Positions 37,457 to 38,248 of a stretch of 38,248 nucleotides of DNA are shown here, piece by piece. Each line of letters opens with the position of its first letter. Positions within the stretch are counted from its first letter, which is position 1. The notes under the pieces were generated by a model, which was not told the origin of the DNA, made no database searches, and saw only the letters and a program-made list of their open reading frames with translations. Position numbers and translations under genes: made by a program. The DNA comes from an uncultured bacterium (GTDB lineage: Bacteria; Armatimonadota; Hebobacteria; CAIYQO01), in assembly GCA_964573385.1 (NCBI GenBank), contig CAZNLA010000006.1:1-38248 (forward strand). The letters run 5' to 3'.

Positions 37457-37823
37457 TAGTCATTAAGCAACCTGATATAAAAACCATAATCAAATTGAGT
37501 TTTGCAATAGTCTTTTAATCATGTCACTATTTTGCTGTTTTAATTATACTGATAATCAGGCATTATTTATATATCGACATTAAGTGGCTAATTATAAAGT
37601 GCATAATCAACCAGTGTTATTATTTTTTTAAGGTGAATGCCACGCATGGTTTCTAACACTGCCACATGGGTGAGAACTGTTTCATGGGATATTTGATAAT
37701 AGTCTGTTAACATAATAATTTGCGAAAATCTTTAATAAAGATATATAGTTCTTGCAGGGAATGGTTTAATGGGTAGTTTAATAAGGTAAAAGTCGTGTAA
37801 TAATATAAAAAAGGATGGAAAAA

Positions 37824-38185
37824 ATGTTGTTTGAACAATTTGGAAAACGTGGTACGGATTTCCTGGGGGTAAAAGCCCCGATAATTAGTGGCGGTATGAC
37901 ATGGATAAGCAATTTTGAACTGGTTAAGGCGGTTGCAGAAGCAGGTGCTTTCCCGGTATTTGCCGGTGGTAATACCCCGCCGGATATATTCGAGAAAGAA
38001 GTTGACAGGTTAGTGGCTGAAATTAAAACGCCATTTGCTGTCAATATGATTACCATTGCGCCGAATTTTCGTGCGCATTATGAAATATTGCAAAAGAAGG
38101 ATGTTCCATTTGTGGTATTTGCCGGTTCTTTTCCGCGCAAGTCAGATGTGCAGGGGATGAAAGACAGCGGTAAAAAAACGATGGC
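37824..38185 (+). CDS. FabK-like enoyl-ACP reductase / nitronate monooxygenase family flavoprotein, 3' truncated
   Basis: Manual translation: MLFEQFGKRGTDFLGVKAPIISGGMTWISNFELVKAVAEAGAFPVFAGG...PFAVNMI; runs into adapter sequence. Confidence 0.85.
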
Positions 38186-38248
38186 AGATCGGCAGAGCAC
38201 ACGTCTGAACTCCAGTCACATTCAGAAAAATCGTATGCCGTCTTCTGC
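38186..38248 (+). other. Illumina TruSeq indexed adapter contamination
   Basis: AGATCGGcAGAGCACACGTCTGAACTCCAGTCAC-ATTCAGAA-aaaTCGTATGCCGTCTTCTGC; 8-nt index at 38220-38227. Confidence 0.98.

Noticed and set aside
37588-37713. 41-codon minus-strand ORF MLTDYYQISHETV...
   Set aside because: Too short, no SD and no recognisable family; a gene remnant cannot be excluded.
493-38056. Numerous short ORFs antisense to or overlapping the large genes (e.g. 493-1092, 4472-5044, 14048-14734, 27040-27540, 37778-38056)
   Set aside because: They are shadow ORFs of well-supported genes and carry no recognisable motifs.

Overview
AT-rich bacterial contig segment, standard genetic code (nearly all genes end in TAA). 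The partial GFTLIELLVVIAIIAILAAILFPVFARARDKA prepilin/DUF1559-type gene suggests Armatimonadota or a PVC-like lineage (inference). The window holds four large secreted multidomain proteins that look carbohydrate-active, a GH172/DUF2961 plus Gfo/Idh/MocA pair behind a ROK-type operator, a PfkB kinase, trpB2, glyA, an HTH-REC regulator, an SDR, an AraC/DegT/double-amidohydrolase cluster, a uronate-isomerase-like amidohydrolase and a partial FabK/NMO-like gene. Two genes carry in-frame stops: a GNAT, and a ~1717-codon exonuclease-Zn finger-RecQ-UvrD fusion. Intergenic DNA is rich in palindromic repeats, including a ~100-bp MITE-like element that wraps a REP-like doublet in 11-bp TIRs (one copy has a perfect 6-bp TSD) and a second TIR-wrapped GTAG-type REP. 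One secreted protein appears to contain a circularly permuted malectin domain inserted into a beta-propeller. The last 63 nt are Illumina adapter. All protein family calls come from motif recognition by eye; no searches were run.
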